Part shown: piece by piece, positions 19,798 through 29,973 of the stretch
How the letters are laid out: each line of letters begins with the position of its first letter
Numbering within the stretch: position 1 is the first letter of the stretch
Source: Thermodesulfobacteriota bacterium
GTDB taxonomy: Bacteria; Desulfobacterota_D; UBA1144; Nemesobacterales; UBA2774
Length of the DNA stretch: 64,000 nucleotides
NCBI GenBank assembly: GCA_041390285.1
Contig: JAWKQD010000001.1
Span: forward strand, 152,839 to 216,838
Reading direction: 5' to 3'
Notes under the pieces: generated by a model
What the model was told of the DNA's origin: nothing
Databases searched by the model: none
The model's input: the letters and a program-made list of their open reading frames with translations, nothing else
Position numbers and translations under genes: made by a program

Positions 19798-21155
19798 TGG
19801 ACAAGAATAGATTCAAAGTGCTGATCGTAGACGACGACGCGGAGTTCGTCGATATTTTGAGAGAGCTTTTGGAACGGAACGGGTACGAGGTTCTTCCGTC
19901 TTATTCCGGAAAGGAAGCTCTGGAGAAGGTGCACGAGTCGCAGCAGGGTATCGATCTTGCCCTCGTGGACCTCGTCATGCCGCTCATGGACGGTTATACC
20001 CTCCTCGAAAAACTAAGGGAGCTCATGCCGGAGCTGCCGGTGATTATGGTGACGGGGCAGGGGACTGTGCAGAACGTCGTCGAGGCAATAAAGCTTGGGG
20101 CGAAGGATTTCGTCACCAAGCCGTTCGACAAGGACGTTCTCCTGAACAAGATAGACGCTATTAAGAAAACGCGCGAGCTCGAAGACAGGGTGGACAACCT
20201 GAAGGAGCTCCTTTCGGACAAGTACGGATTCGACAGCATAGTCAGCAGCTCTAGGGCCATGAGGCTCGTCTTCGAAAAAGCCTCCGCCGGGGCGGGCAGC
20301 AACGCGCCGGTATTCATCGTGGGCGAGACGGGAACCGGGAAGGAGCTCATGGCGAAGGCCATACATCTTAAAAGCCAGAGGGCGGATAAGCCGTTTATCG
20401 CCGTCAACTGCGGCGCTATTCCGAAGGAGCTTCTCGAATCCGAGCTCTTCGGGTATAGGAAAGGGGCCTTTACGGGGGCGGTAAGGGACCACGAGGGGCT
20501 TTTTCTGGCGGCGGACAAGGGGACGATATTCCTCGACGAGATAGGGGAGATGCCGAAGGACCTTCAGGTAAGGATGCTGAGGGTCCTGGAGGAGTATAAG
20601 GTAAGGCCCATAGGTTACACGAACGAGATACCGCTCGACGTAAGGGTTATTGCGGCAAGCAATCACTCAATAGAAGAGCTTAAGACGAAGTATCTGAGGG
20701 AAGACCTCTTCTTCAGGCTCGCAGTCATAGTGATAGAGCTCCCGCCACTGAGGGAGCGGAAGACGGATATTCCTCTCCTCCTGGATTATTTTTTAAAGAG
20801 GTTCAACAGGAAATACGGAAAGAATGTCGGCGGTTTCTCGGAGGATGCGTATTCGGCCCTTTACTCCTATGACTTCCCCGGCAATATCAGGGAGCTCGAA
20901 AACCTTATAGAGAGCATCGTCGCCGTAATCCCGCCCTCGAAGACCCTTATCTCCGAAAAGGATCTCAAGAATCATCTCCTCTGGAGCCAGCCGCGGACGT
21001 CGGAGCATCAGCTCCTTTCGCTCGACAAGCTGGAGAAGTTCGCACTGGAGCAGGCTCTCAGGGAATCGGGCGGAAACAAGTCGAAGGCCGCCGAGATGCT
21101 TGGGATTTCGAGGGACACTCTTTACAGGAAGATGAAGCTCTTTTCGCTCGAATAA
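19797..21155 (+). CDS. Sigma-54-dependent response regulator (NtrC family)
   Basis: Receiver domain (VLIVDDD...DLVMP), AAA+ domain with GETGTGKE and ESELFGYRKGAFTGA, C-terminal Fis-type HTH. GTG start overlaps the kinase stop by 1 nt. Confidence 0.85.
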   Translation: MDKNRFKVLIVDDDAEFVDILRELLERNGYEVLPSYSGKEALEKVHESQQGIDLALVDLVMPLMDGYTLLEKLRELMPELPVIMVTGQGTVQNVVEAIKLGAKDFVTKPFDKDVLLNKIDAIKKTRELEDRVDNLKELLSDKYGFDSIVSSSRAMRLVFEKASAGAGSNAPVFIVGETGTGKELMAKAIHLKSQRADKPFIAVNCGAIPKELLESELFGYRKGAFTGAVRDHEGLFLAADKGTIFLDEIGEMPKDLQVRMLRVLEEYKVRPIGYTNEIPLDVRVIAASNHSIEELKTKYLREDLFFRLAVIVIELPPLRERKTDIPLLLDYFLKRFNRKYGKNVGGFSEDAYSALYSYDFPGNIRELENLIESIVAVIPPSKTLISEKDLKNHLLWSQPRTSEHQLLSLDKLEKFALEQALRESGGNKSKAAEMLGISRDTLYRKMKLFSLE

Positions 21156-21288
21156 CCAGGATGCGAGGTAAGGCTGCCGATCCGGTCTTGGCCGCCCGCC
21201 GCATGGGCCGCAAAATTCGCGCGGCCTGCGGCGATGAAAAATGCTTTAAGCTACACCGTACCAGAACCCCATTCCCACTATACGCTTC

Positions 21289-22716
21289 CTAGATTGCGCC
21301 CGGCCCGACGAGGTGGAGCTCTTCGGTTGCCTTGACCGCGCCGCTCCCGGGGTCAATGAGATCGAGAGGCACGGTTCCTGTGCCGCCTTTACCCATGATG
21401 CCCTTTGGGAACTTGACGAAGAAGTGCACCGTGAGGTTTTCGCCCGGCCCGAGGTTGATGGTGTCGCTCTGCGTAACGATTTCGGCCCCCTTCGCCTTGA
21501 GGTCTTCGGGCAGGGCCGTCTTTATCGTGACGCCGTTAAATGTTTGGTTCTTTATGCTCATCTTGAAGTGGTTTATAATCTGCTCGGAGCCGTCCGGATT
21601 TTGAATAACCTGGTAGGGCGTGTCCTTGCCCCTTAGTACCGTAACGGCAAGGTCCTGCCGCCTCGAAACCGAGAATACGAGCGCAGATACGACCGCCACG
21701 AGAAGGATGGAATAGATGGCGACGCGAGGTCTTAAGAAGCGGGTCTTAATGCCCTTGAGCGCGTTGCCCGTGTCGTATCTTATGAGCCCGCGCGGCTTTT
21801 CTACCTTGTCCATTACCTCGTCGCAGGCGTCTATACAGGCGGTACAGCCTATGCATTCGAGCTGAAGGCCGTTTCGTATGTCGATACCCGTCGGGCAGAC
21901 GGCGACGCACTTGTAGCAGTTGATGCAGTCGCCCTCTCTTTCGCCCGGCTTGGTGATGCCCTTGCGGGGCTCGCCGCGAACGGAGTCGTATGTGACCGTT
22001 ATGGAGTCGTCGTCCATGAGGGTGGACTGGAACCTTCCGTAGGGGCACATGATTATGCAGAACTGCTCTCTGAACCAGCCGAAGTCGAAGAGGAGCACCG
22101 CCGTAATGAACGCCATAATGACGAATATCGTCCAGTTTTGGTGCGGGTTGTGCTGCGTCATTTCGACGAGCTTATCGGCGCCGACAAAATAGGCGAGAAA
22201 GCTGTGGGCTATTACGAGGCTGGCTACGAGAAAGAGCGTCCATAGCAGGCCCAGCTTGAAGAACTTCTTTACGTCCCACGGCGCCCTGGCGAGGTTACGC
22301 TGCTGGATGTGGCTTCCGATTATGAGATATTCGAGCCGTCTGAATACCCCGTCTATGAAGACCGTTTGCGGGCAACCCCAGCCGCACCATACCCTCCCCC
22401 AGACGGCCGTGATGAACGCAAGCCCGATAGTGAGGAACGCGAGGATAAAGAATATGAGCGGCGCGTCGTGGGCCCAGAACGTAAGGCCGAATACGGAGAA
22501 TCTTCTCTCGGCTATGTCGAGCAGGAGCGCCTGATGGCCGCCGATCTTGATCCACGGAAGGACGAGGAAAAAAATGACGAGAAAGATTTCCGTTATGGTC
22601 CTTCTCCGTCTCCATATGCCTTCGACCTGGGCCGGAAATATGAAAACCCTCTTTCCCGTCTCGTCCATGGACGCCGGGCGTTCCTGGGGGAGATTTCTTT
22701 GATCGACTACCTTCAT
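21289..22716 (-). CDS. ccoG: Cytochrome c oxidase accessory protein CcoG/FixG (4Fe-4S ferredoxin-type membrane protein)
   Basis: CPYGRFQS, CINCYKCVAVCPTGIDIR and CIGCTACIDACD clusters, several TM helices, position at the end of the cco cluster. Confidence 0.85.
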   Translation of the reverse strand: MKVVDQRNLPQERPASMDETGKRVFIFPAQVEGIWRRRRTITEIFLVIFFLVLPWIKIGGHQALLLDIAERRFSVFGLTFWAHDAPLIFFILAFLTIGLAFITAVWGRVWCGWGCPQTVFIDGVFRRLEYLIIGSHIQQRNLARAPWDVKKFFKLGLLWTLFLVASLVIAHSFLAYFVGADKLVEMTQHNPHQNWTIFVIMAFITAVLLFDFGWFREQFCIIMCPYGRFQSTLMDDDSITVTYDSVRGEPRKGITKPGEREGDCINCYKCVAVCPTGIDIRNGLQLECIGCTACIDACDEVMDKVEKPRGLIRYDTGNALKGIKTRFLRPRVAIYSILLVAVVSALVFSVSRRQDLAVTVLRGKDTPYQVIQNPDGSEQIINHFKMSIKNQTFNGVTIKTALPEDLKAKGAEIVTQSDTINLGPGENLTVHFFVKFPKGIMGKGGTGTVPLDLIDPGSGAVKATEELHLVGPGAI

Positions 22717-23330
22717 TCGTGTTCTTCCTCGTCTCCTTCGTGATCTTCTTTGTCTCCGCCGCGTTCAATCTCTACCCCCTGGGGAGCCTTGGCCCCGGGC
22801 GGGTTAGATCCGTAGAGACTGTAGACGTACACGGCGACGTCCTCCTGGACATCGGGGGGTATGAGCCCCTTCCACGGCGGCATACCCTTGTCGGGAACGC
22901 CGTCGTTCATGACCTTGAGGATCGCGGGAACCGTGCCGTCGCCGTGGAGCCAGTAGTCGTCCGTGAGGTTCGGCCCGATGAGACCCTGCGCCTTGTCACC
23001 GTGGCAGGCCATGCACTTCAGCATGAACTCGGCCTTGCCTTTGGCGAGAACTTCCTGATTGCCAACAAGCGCTGCGTAATCCTTTGTCGCTATCTTTTCC
23101 TCGGCCTCTTCGGCGGCTTCCTTCTGCTCGGCCCGTATGTGGCTCATTTCGGTTGCCAGCCTCTGGTCGGAGTCAGGCCCGCCGAAAATCTGGTAGTAAG
23201 CGAAGTATATGACCGCGAACACGATGGTAATGTAGAACGTCATGAGCCACCAGCGGGGCAGCGGGTTATCCAGCTCGTGTATGCCGTCGTAGTCGTGGTC
23301 CTTTATGAGTTTATCGTCCTTCTCCGTCAT
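22713..23330 (-). CDS. ccoP: cbb3-type cytochrome c oxidase subunit CcoP, short monoheme form
   Basis: N-terminal FixP signature DYDGIHELDNPLPRWW, one TM helix, a single CXXCH (CMACH). Confidence 0.8.
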   Translation of the reverse strand: MTEKDDKLIKDHDYDGIHELDNPLPRWWLMTFYITIVFAVIYFAYYQIFGGPDSDQRLATEMSHIRAEQKEAAEEAEEKIATKDYAALVGNQEVLAKGKAEFMLKCMACHGDKAQGLIGPNLTDDYWLHGDGTVPAILKVMNDGVPDKGMPPWKGLIPPDVQEDVAVYVYSLYGSNPPGAKAPQGVEIERGGDKEDHEGDEEEHE

Positions 23331-23480
23331 TTATGGTCCTCCTTTTGGAGCATGCTGTCCTCTTCGAGGGGCAGCATCTCCATCTCCTCTATTTCTTTCT
23401 CGGGTGTCGTCATGGCGCGGTATACGATCGCCGCGAAGACCGAAACGAAAATAACCAGGCCGACGACCGTAATCCATATA
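23327..23480 (-). CDS. ccoQ: CcoQ-like small membrane subunit (start codon unresolved)
   Basis: Unlisted frame reads ...IWITVVGLVIFVSVFAAIVYRAMTTPEKEIEEMEMLPLEEDSMLQKEDHK. Its TGA overlaps the ccoP ATG (ATGA). No ATG/GTG/TTG in frame; the nearby ATG (23475-23477) is one frame off. Confidence 0.45.
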
Positions 23481-23499
23481 TCCTGAAAGTGTGAAAGGG

Positions 23500-25656
23500 C
23501 TATTTGTTTGATGACGCCACCCCCTCGGGACTTTTTTGGCCGAGGCTCTGTAGATAAGCTATGAGCGCTATCATCTCGGTGTCTTTTATGGACTTGAGCG
23601 AATCGTCCTGCTCGAGAAGGCCTTCGTATATGACGGCGGCCTGCTTCTCGGCGTTGATGTCGGCGTTAGCTACTTCATCGTCCGTGTAGGGAACCCCGAG
23701 CATTCTCATGACGCTGAATTTTTTCCTCAGAATCGTGTAGTCGAGCTTGCTAGATGCGAGCCACGGGTAGGCAGGCATGATGGATTTCGGGGTAATAGCC
23801 CTCGGGTCTATCATGTGCCGGAGATGCCACATGTCGGGGTATTTACTTCCCACGCGGGCGAGGTCGGGCCCCGTACGCTTGGAGCCCCACTGGAACGGCC
23901 TGTCGTACATCGATTCGCCGAGGGTAGAGCTGTCGCCGTACCTGAGGACGTCGAAGGGAAGCTTCCTTATCATCTGGGAGTGGCATGTGTAGCAGCCTTC
24001 CCTTACGTAAATATCCCTCCCCGCGAGCTCGAGCGGCGTGTAGGGCTCGGTCTTTTCCGCGGCCGGGAGGTATTTGTACATGGAAAGCGTGGGGATAATC
24101 TCGATTACCGAGCCGACCGCTATGGCTATGAACATGAGCACGGTGAAGATGGCGCTCATGGCTTCGAGTTTCCTGTGGCCCTTGCCCATTTCGCTCGGGT
24201 CCATCGTATTGACCATTGCCGCCGCGGCGGCCTTGTCGGTTTTCGGAGCGGTCTTGACTGTCTTCACCACGTTATAGATGAGGAGCAGGAAGCCCGTAAG
24301 GTAGAGGGCGCCGCCCAGGAACCTGACGTAGTAGAGGGGCACTATCCGCATCACCGTCTCGACGAAGTCCGGGTAGACGAGCTGCCCGTTTTCGCCTATG
24401 GCCATCCACATGAGCCCCTGTGTGATGCCGCTCGCCCACATGGAGATGTAGTAGAGCAGGATGCCGAGGAGGCCTATCCAGAAATGCCAGTTCATGAGTC
24501 GGACGCTGTACATATCCCTGTTCCAGAGCTTCGGCACGAGATAGTAGATGACGCCGAACGTTAGGAAGCCGTTCCAGCCTAGCGTCCCGCCGTGCACGTG
24601 GCCGATGATCCAGTCTGTGTAGTGCGCGAGCGAGCTCACGGATTTAATTGAAAGGAGCGGGCCCTCGAACGTGGACATACCGTAGAATGTGACGGCTACG
24701 GCCAGGAATTTCAGAATCGGGTCCGTCCTGACCTTGTCCCACGCGCCTCTTAACGTCAGAAGACCGTTGATCATACCGCCCCAGCTCGGCGCCCAGAGCA
24801 TGAGACTGAATACCATGCCGAGCGTCTGTGCCCAGTCGGGCAGCGACGTGTTAAGGAGGTGGTGCGGGCCGGCCCATATGTATATGAACACCAGGGACCA
24901 GAAGTGAATTATCGAGAGCTTGTAGCTGTATATCGGCCGGTTGGCTGCTTTGGGCACGTAGTAGTACATGAGCCCGAGGAACGGCGTCGTCAGGAAGAAC
25001 GCGACGGCGTTGTGACCGTACCACCATTGAACCAGCGCGTCCTGTGCGCCGGCGTATACGGGGTAGCTCTTGAACAGGGCGACCGGTATCTCTATCGAGT
25101 TCACGATGTGGAGGACGGCAACCGTTATGATTGTCGCGATGTAGAACCATATCGCTACGTAGAGGTGCTTCACGCGCCTTATCGCTATCGTGCCGAAGTA
25201 GTTGACGGCGAAGATAACCCAGACTACTGCTATGGCGATGTCTATAGGCCATTCGAGCTCGGCGTATTCCTTGCCGTGCGAATATCCGAGCGGGAGCGTT
25301 ATTAGCGCGCCTACGATTATGAGCTGCCAGCCCCAGAAATGAATATTGCTGAGGACGTCGGAATACATCCGAGTCTTAAGCAGCCGTTGGGTCGAGTGGT
25401 ACATGCCGGCGAATATGATGTTCCCCCCGAACGCGAATATCGCCGCGTTCGTATGAAGGGGCCGTATTCTGCCGAACGTCAGCCAGGAAAGGTCCATATT
25501 GGCCGGCCAGTAGGCAAGCTGGAGCGCGGCCAGAAGGCCTACAACAAAGGCAGCCGCTCCCCAGAATATAGTGGCCGTGAGGAATTTCTTGACTATGACG
25601 TCGTCGTAAAATATCTTCTCGGTCGTGGCGGCGTTCCCCGCCGTTACAGAGCTCAT
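23500..25656 (-). CDS. ccoN: Fused cbb3-type cytochrome c oxidase subunits I and II (CcoN-CcoO)
   Basis: 718 aa. The N-terminal ~470 aa is a polytopic heme-copper subunit. The C-terminal part carries the CcoO heme motif EGCYTCHSQMIR and RTGPDLARVG. Confidence 0.85.
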   Translation of the reverse strand: MSSVTAGNAATTEKIFYDDVIVKKFLTATIFWGAAAFVVGLLAALQLAYWPANMDLSWLTFGRIRPLHTNAAIFAFGGNIIFAGMYHSTQRLLKTRMYSDVLSNIHFWGWQLIIVGALITLPLGYSHGKEYAELEWPIDIAIAVVWVIFAVNYFGTIAIRRVKHLYVAIWFYIATIITVAVLHIVNSIEIPVALFKSYPVYAGAQDALVQWWYGHNAVAFFLTTPFLGLMYYYVPKAANRPIYSYKLSIIHFWSLVFIYIWAGPHHLLNTSLPDWAQTLGMVFSLMLWAPSWGGMINGLLTLRGAWDKVRTDPILKFLAVAVTFYGMSTFEGPLLSIKSVSSLAHYTDWIIGHVHGGTLGWNGFLTFGVIYYLVPKLWNRDMYSVRLMNWHFWIGLLGILLYYISMWASGITQGLMWMAIGENGQLVYPDFVETVMRIVPLYYVRFLGGALYLTGFLLLIYNVVKTVKTAPKTDKAAAAAMVNTMDPSEMGKGHRKLEAMSAIFTVLMFIAIAVGSVIEIIPTLSMYKYLPAAEKTEPYTPLELAGRDIYVREGCYTCHSQMIRKLPFDVLRYGDSSTLGESMYDRPFQWGSKRTGPDLARVGSKYPDMWHLRHMIDPRAITPKSIMPAYPWLASSKLDYTILRKKFSVMRMLGVPYTDDEVANADINAEKQAAVIYEGLLEQDDSLKSIKDTEMIALIAYLQSLGQKSPEGVASSNK

Positions 25657-25838
25657 TTATCGGTGTCCTCCTTTGGTTTCCGGTGTGAGTCTTCGGATTC
25701 GTAGTCGTCGAGAAGCATCCTGTGGCTCGGGGTTTCGAGGTCGTCGTACTGCCCCTTTCCCGTCGCCCATACGAATGCTGCAAGAAAAACTATTGCTATC
25801 GTTATAGAAACTCCCAGTGTAAGAAAAATAATGTTCAA
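25653..25838 (-). CDS. ccoS: cbb3 oxidase maturation protein CcoS/FixS
   Basis: 61 aa, one TM helix followed by GKGQYDDLETPSHRMLLDD, placed between ccoI and ccoNO. Confidence 0.75.
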   Translation of the reverse strand: MNIIFLTLGVSITIAIVFLAAFVWATGKGQYDDLETPSHRMLLDDYESEDSHRKPKEDTDK

Positions 25839-28298
25839 GCCGCAGCCCTCCTTTTATCCCCGGCGCGGGCGGCCGTGCCCATGAGCGCCGAGCCAAGAAG
25901 AAGGAGCGACACGGCAGGCATCAAAACGGCCGCCGCCAGGGGGGTTATATACCCTGCCAGAGCGAATGCACCCGCGATAGAGTTGTATGAGATCGAGAGC
26001 ACGATGTTTCGTTTCGCCGTGGCCCTGGCGGCGGTGCCGAGGCCGATAATATCCAGAATAGTAAAAAGGTCGTTGTTGAGTATATAAGCGTCGGATACCT
26101 TCATGCTTTCTCCGACGCTGCCTTGAATCGCGACGCCGACGTCGGCCGAGGCCAGGGCGGGGGCGTCGTTGAGCCCGTCCCCTATCATCATGGAGCGGCC
26201 GTGCCGGGCGATTATTTCGGACTTGCCTTCGGGCGTTTCGCCGAAGAAGATGTTCTCCCCGGGGATGTTGATCCTTTCGGCCACCTGCTTTACGTTCTCT
26301 CCCTTGTCCCCGGATACGATGAAAACGCCGTAGCCGGCCCCGGCGAGCTCGCGCACCGCGAACTTCGCGTCTTCCTTGAGGGAGTCGCCGAGCATGATCT
26401 CGGATATCGGCTCGCCGTCCTTCCGGACAGTGATGGTCGATGTTATAAGCTCGTTGACTTCGTTCGCCGCGGGGGCGGAGGCGCCGCCGGAGGTTATGGT
26501 GTAGACGCTTCCCCAGGCTTCGGCGGAAACGCCTTTCGTATATATGTGTTCGAAGCCCGTGACCTCTGGAACGGGAAGATCCATTCCCGCGAGGCGGCTT
26601 ACTATAGCCCTTGCGATCGGGTGGTCGGATTTCTTTTCGATGGCCAGAATGGCGCCGAGGTCGCGGTCGTCGAGCGACCCGGTATCCCACTTGAGAATCC
26701 TGAATACACCGTTCGTGAGCGTGCCGGTTTTGTCGAAGAATACGTTTTTTACCCCCGGGAGTTTGTCGAATATCCCCGGGTCTCTAATAAGGATTCCCCT
26801 GCCAGCCGCCGACTTGAGCGACATGCTGTGAAAGAGCGGGAGGACGAATACGAATGCGCAGGGGCAGGCTATGAGTATGAACGCCATTACCCTTTCTATG
26901 CCTTGCTGCATCCCGTAAGGCAGAAAGGCAGTGGGGGGAAAACTGGAAGGTTATCGAAATCACGCCGACGGCGAGGGTGAAAACGGCGGCGTATCTGTCG
27001 CCGCCCCCGGAGAGGCTGATCTTGCCGGCGTAGCTGCGCTCGACGTCGTCGAGTATCTTGCCGATGCGGGTCGATTTCCCCGTGCTCAAGACCTTTAGCA
27101 CCGCCTCGTCCGATTCTAGTATCGAGCCCGCGAAGACGTCGTCTCCCTTTTCTATAGTACGGGGGATGTTCTCGCCCGTGAGTACTGCGAGGTTTATCTC
27201 GGCGGTGTGTGAGACGAGCTCGCCGTCGGCCGGGATACGCTCGCCCCGGGAGAGCTTTATCCTGCTCCCGGTTTTAAGGCTCTCTATCGGTTCGTAGAAG
27301 AACTGCCGCGCCTTACCATCCCATACAAGCACGCGATTCAGCGAGAAGAAGGTCTTGCCCGGCTGCTCTTTTTCGGAGAGCCGCCCCCTTACGGATTTGA
27401 GGAAGTATCTGCTGCCCAGGAGCAGGAATACGAACGCCGTTATAGAATCGAAATAGACGGCGCTGCTCCCGGCGAAGAAGTTGTGTGCGCTGAGCCCGAA
27501 TCCGGCCAGTATGACGAAGACGACGGGTATATCTACCGTTACGCGCCCGGACCTGAGCGCCCCGGCGACGCTCCTGTAGAACGGAAGGGCGCAGTAGGTT
27601 ACGACGGGTATCGAAAGCATGAAGCTGATCAGTGTGAAATATTTCTCGAAAACGCCGCCCGCGCCGGCATAAATCGCTGCGGAGAGGAGCATGATGTTGC
27701 CCGCGCACACGGCGGCGACGGCAAGCCTTATGAGCGAGCGCCTGTTCTCCTTTTTCCTGAGGTCGTCCGTGTCCTCGCCCGGCTTTAAGGGATGCGCCCT
27801 GTAGCCGAATCTCTTTACGGCGTCGGGGAAGGACGAGAATTTCTTTTCCGGCGTGAATGTGACGGACGCCGTGTTGTCGGACATGTTGAGCGAGACGGAC
27901 TCGATGCCATCGGCGCACGAGGGAATCTTCTCGATGAGCCAGAGGCATGCCGCGCACTCTATGCCTTCGACGTAGAAGTTCATGGTGAGTGGGCTTTCTT
28001 CCGCCGTGTAGAGGTCCATGAAACTCTTTTGGTCGAGGTAGGAGTAATCCTCGGCGGAGCCGGGGTCTTGCGCCGGGGCGGAACCGGGTATGTTCTGGGC
28101 GGCCCGGATCTTGTAGTAATCGTCGAGACCGAGGGTGTTCAGTATCTCGTAAACTGCGCGGCACCCCGCGCAGCAAAAGCGAAGGTCGCCCGCTTCGACG
28201 GCCGTCCGGGTATCGGTGGGGTCGCCGCAGTGGGCGCAGCCCCTATATCCGGCCGGTTCTTCTCCGTTCCGTTCTTTGACTGCGGATGTATTTGTCAT
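25835..28298 (-). pseudogene. ccoI: Copper-translocating P1B-type ATPase CcoI/FixI, one frameshift near 26925-26945
   Basis: N-terminal Cys-rich metal-binding region (CAHCGD...FCCAGCRAVY), then the CPC motif (ILIACPCAF), DKTGTLT and GDGLNDAPAL. The two halves are ORFs 26784..28445 and 25835..26911. Start taken at ATG 28298. Confidence 0.8.
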
Positions 28299-28630
28299 CG
28301 CCTCGATCTCAACTCTATGCCGAAAATTAGTGCAATAACCGTGCCATACGGCAGTCAAGTAAATACCGGGGGACTGGAATTGTACGATATGTCGATTGTC
28401 AGATTTTTGGACAGAACAGGGAAGGGGGCATGTAAGATTACACACCCCCGTTTCCCATTATCCGGTTTTAGTGCGGTGGTGGATACTGCGGCCCTGAGTG
28501 GGAATGGGGCTCAGCTGAGCCAGAGATAAATGGCCAGGATGAAAAAAAGAACTATGGCGGATATGAAAAGGAATGCGCCCAGGTTTTGGTCTGATTTATT
28601 CATAGTATGTCTCCTCTTGAAAGCCTATGT

Positions 28631-28658
28631 ATTATAGAATGAACGGCGGCATAATCAA
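28631..28658 (-). promoter_or_regulatory. Sigma-70-type promoter candidate for the cco cluster (TTGATT-16 nt-TATAAT)
   Basis: Read on the minus strand: TTGATT (28658-28653), a 16-nt spacer, then TATAAT (28636-28631), about 25 nt upstream of a small ORF start at 28603. Confidence 0.45.
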
Positions 28659-28734
28659 CCCATTTCGGGGTTAAAGTCGAAAATTACCATTTGTACGTAG
28701 AACCTAGAGCGGATTGTATGTTGGGAGAGGGAAT

Positions 28735-29220
28735 TTACCTCGGAAGCTCTTTTCTCATGACGAAGCATTCGAGTTTGACGCCCTTTCGCTCCTCGACCAC
28801 GGCCTCGACCAGAAAGAAGCCCATCTTCTCGAAAAGGGGCCTCGATATCCTGCTTGCGTCGGTATGGAGGACCCTGGAGCCGGAGGCGATCGCCGCTTCT
28901 TCGAGACGCCCGTAAAGAAGGGTGGCGATACCCATCCTCGAAAAGTCTTTCAGCGTGTAGAGGAATTCGACGCGGTTTGCGGGCTTAAGCTGCCCGAACG
29001 CCGCCATTCGGCCCCCGCATTCGGCAATGAGCGTGAGGCCCTCGGCGAGCCTGTGGCGGAGCTCTTCGATTTCGTCCGCATAGGACGCCCAGGCCTCGAC
29101 CTCGGCCTGGGAGTAGCGCTCGATACCTATTTCCGTGACGGAATTTCTGTAGAGATCGGATATGGCCTCGGCGTCTTCGGGCCTGTAGCGCCTTATGGTG
29201 ACGTCCGGCGGGGCCTGACC
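28735..29220 (-). pseudogene. GNAT-family N-acetyltransferase lacking an in-frame start codon
   Basis: ORF 28735..29007 is the C-terminal half. The same frame continues upstream as VTIRRYRPEDAEAISDLYRNSVTEIGIERYSQAEVEAW... with no ATG/GTG/TTG. An ATG at about 29272 sits in another frame. Confidence 0.6.
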
Positions 29221-29265
29221 GGCCGGAGGGGCGAAGCCTGGCCGCCGGGTGAAGGGATTCTCGTC

Positions 29266-29943
29266 TCACTCATTCCATACCTCTTTTATCATCTGCAGGA
29301 TCGGCCTCGAGAATTCTTCGTTGAGTATGAAGTCGTAGATTCCGACGACTATGAACTGGACGCCGACGCAGATGAGTATGAACCCGAGTATGCGTGTGAG
29401 GACGTTTACGCCGTATTCGCCGAGGAGGTTTTTCACACTGCCTGCTACCCTGAGGCATATATACGTGACCGCGGCGACGACCATTATGCCGAGAGACTCG
29501 GCCGCATAGTCGAGCGTAGAGCCAGCGGCGGTGGCCATGCCCAATGTCACTGCAATGGCGCCGGGGCCGCTCAGCATGGGGACGGCGAGCGGGCTGAAGG
29601 CGATGTCGTCCGCGTTGCCCGTTTTGTTCTCGGCGTTTATGGCGCGGAGGTCTTTATATTCCGGGTTCAGCATCTTGAATCCTATGCTGAGGATTATTAT
29701 GCCGCCCGCTATGCGGATGCCCGGGAGGGATATGCCGAAGAACTTCATTATGAGGACGCCCGCGACGAGGAATATGACGAGGATTATCGTCATGTAAACG
29801 GAAGCGAGGAGGGCTTCGCGGTTTCGTTTCGAGTCGTCCATATCCTTAGAGAGCGATATGAACGTGATGGCGACGGAGAAGGGGTTAACTATCGGCAGGA
29901 GCGCGACTATGGTCCCCAGGAGAACCTGTGTGAAGTCCGTCAT
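29266..29943 (-). CDS. MarC-family (UPF0056) integral membrane protein
   Basis: LLPIVNPFSVAITFISL...GIRIAGGIIILSIGFKML is typical of the MarC family. About six TM segments. Confidence 0.8.
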   Translation of the reverse strand: MTDFTQVLLGTIVALLPIVNPFSVAITFISLSKDMDDSKRNREALLASVYMTIILVIFLVAGVLIMKFFGISLPGIRIAGGIIILSIGFKMLNPEYKDLRAINAENKTGNADDIAFSPLAVPMLSGPGAIAVTLGMATAAGSTLDYAAESLGIMVVAAVTYICLRVAGSVKNLLGEYGVNVLTRILGFILICVGVQFIVVGIYDFILNEEFSRPILQMIKEVWNE

Positions 29944-29973
29944 GGCTATATTTTACACCAGCGGCATTCTACA

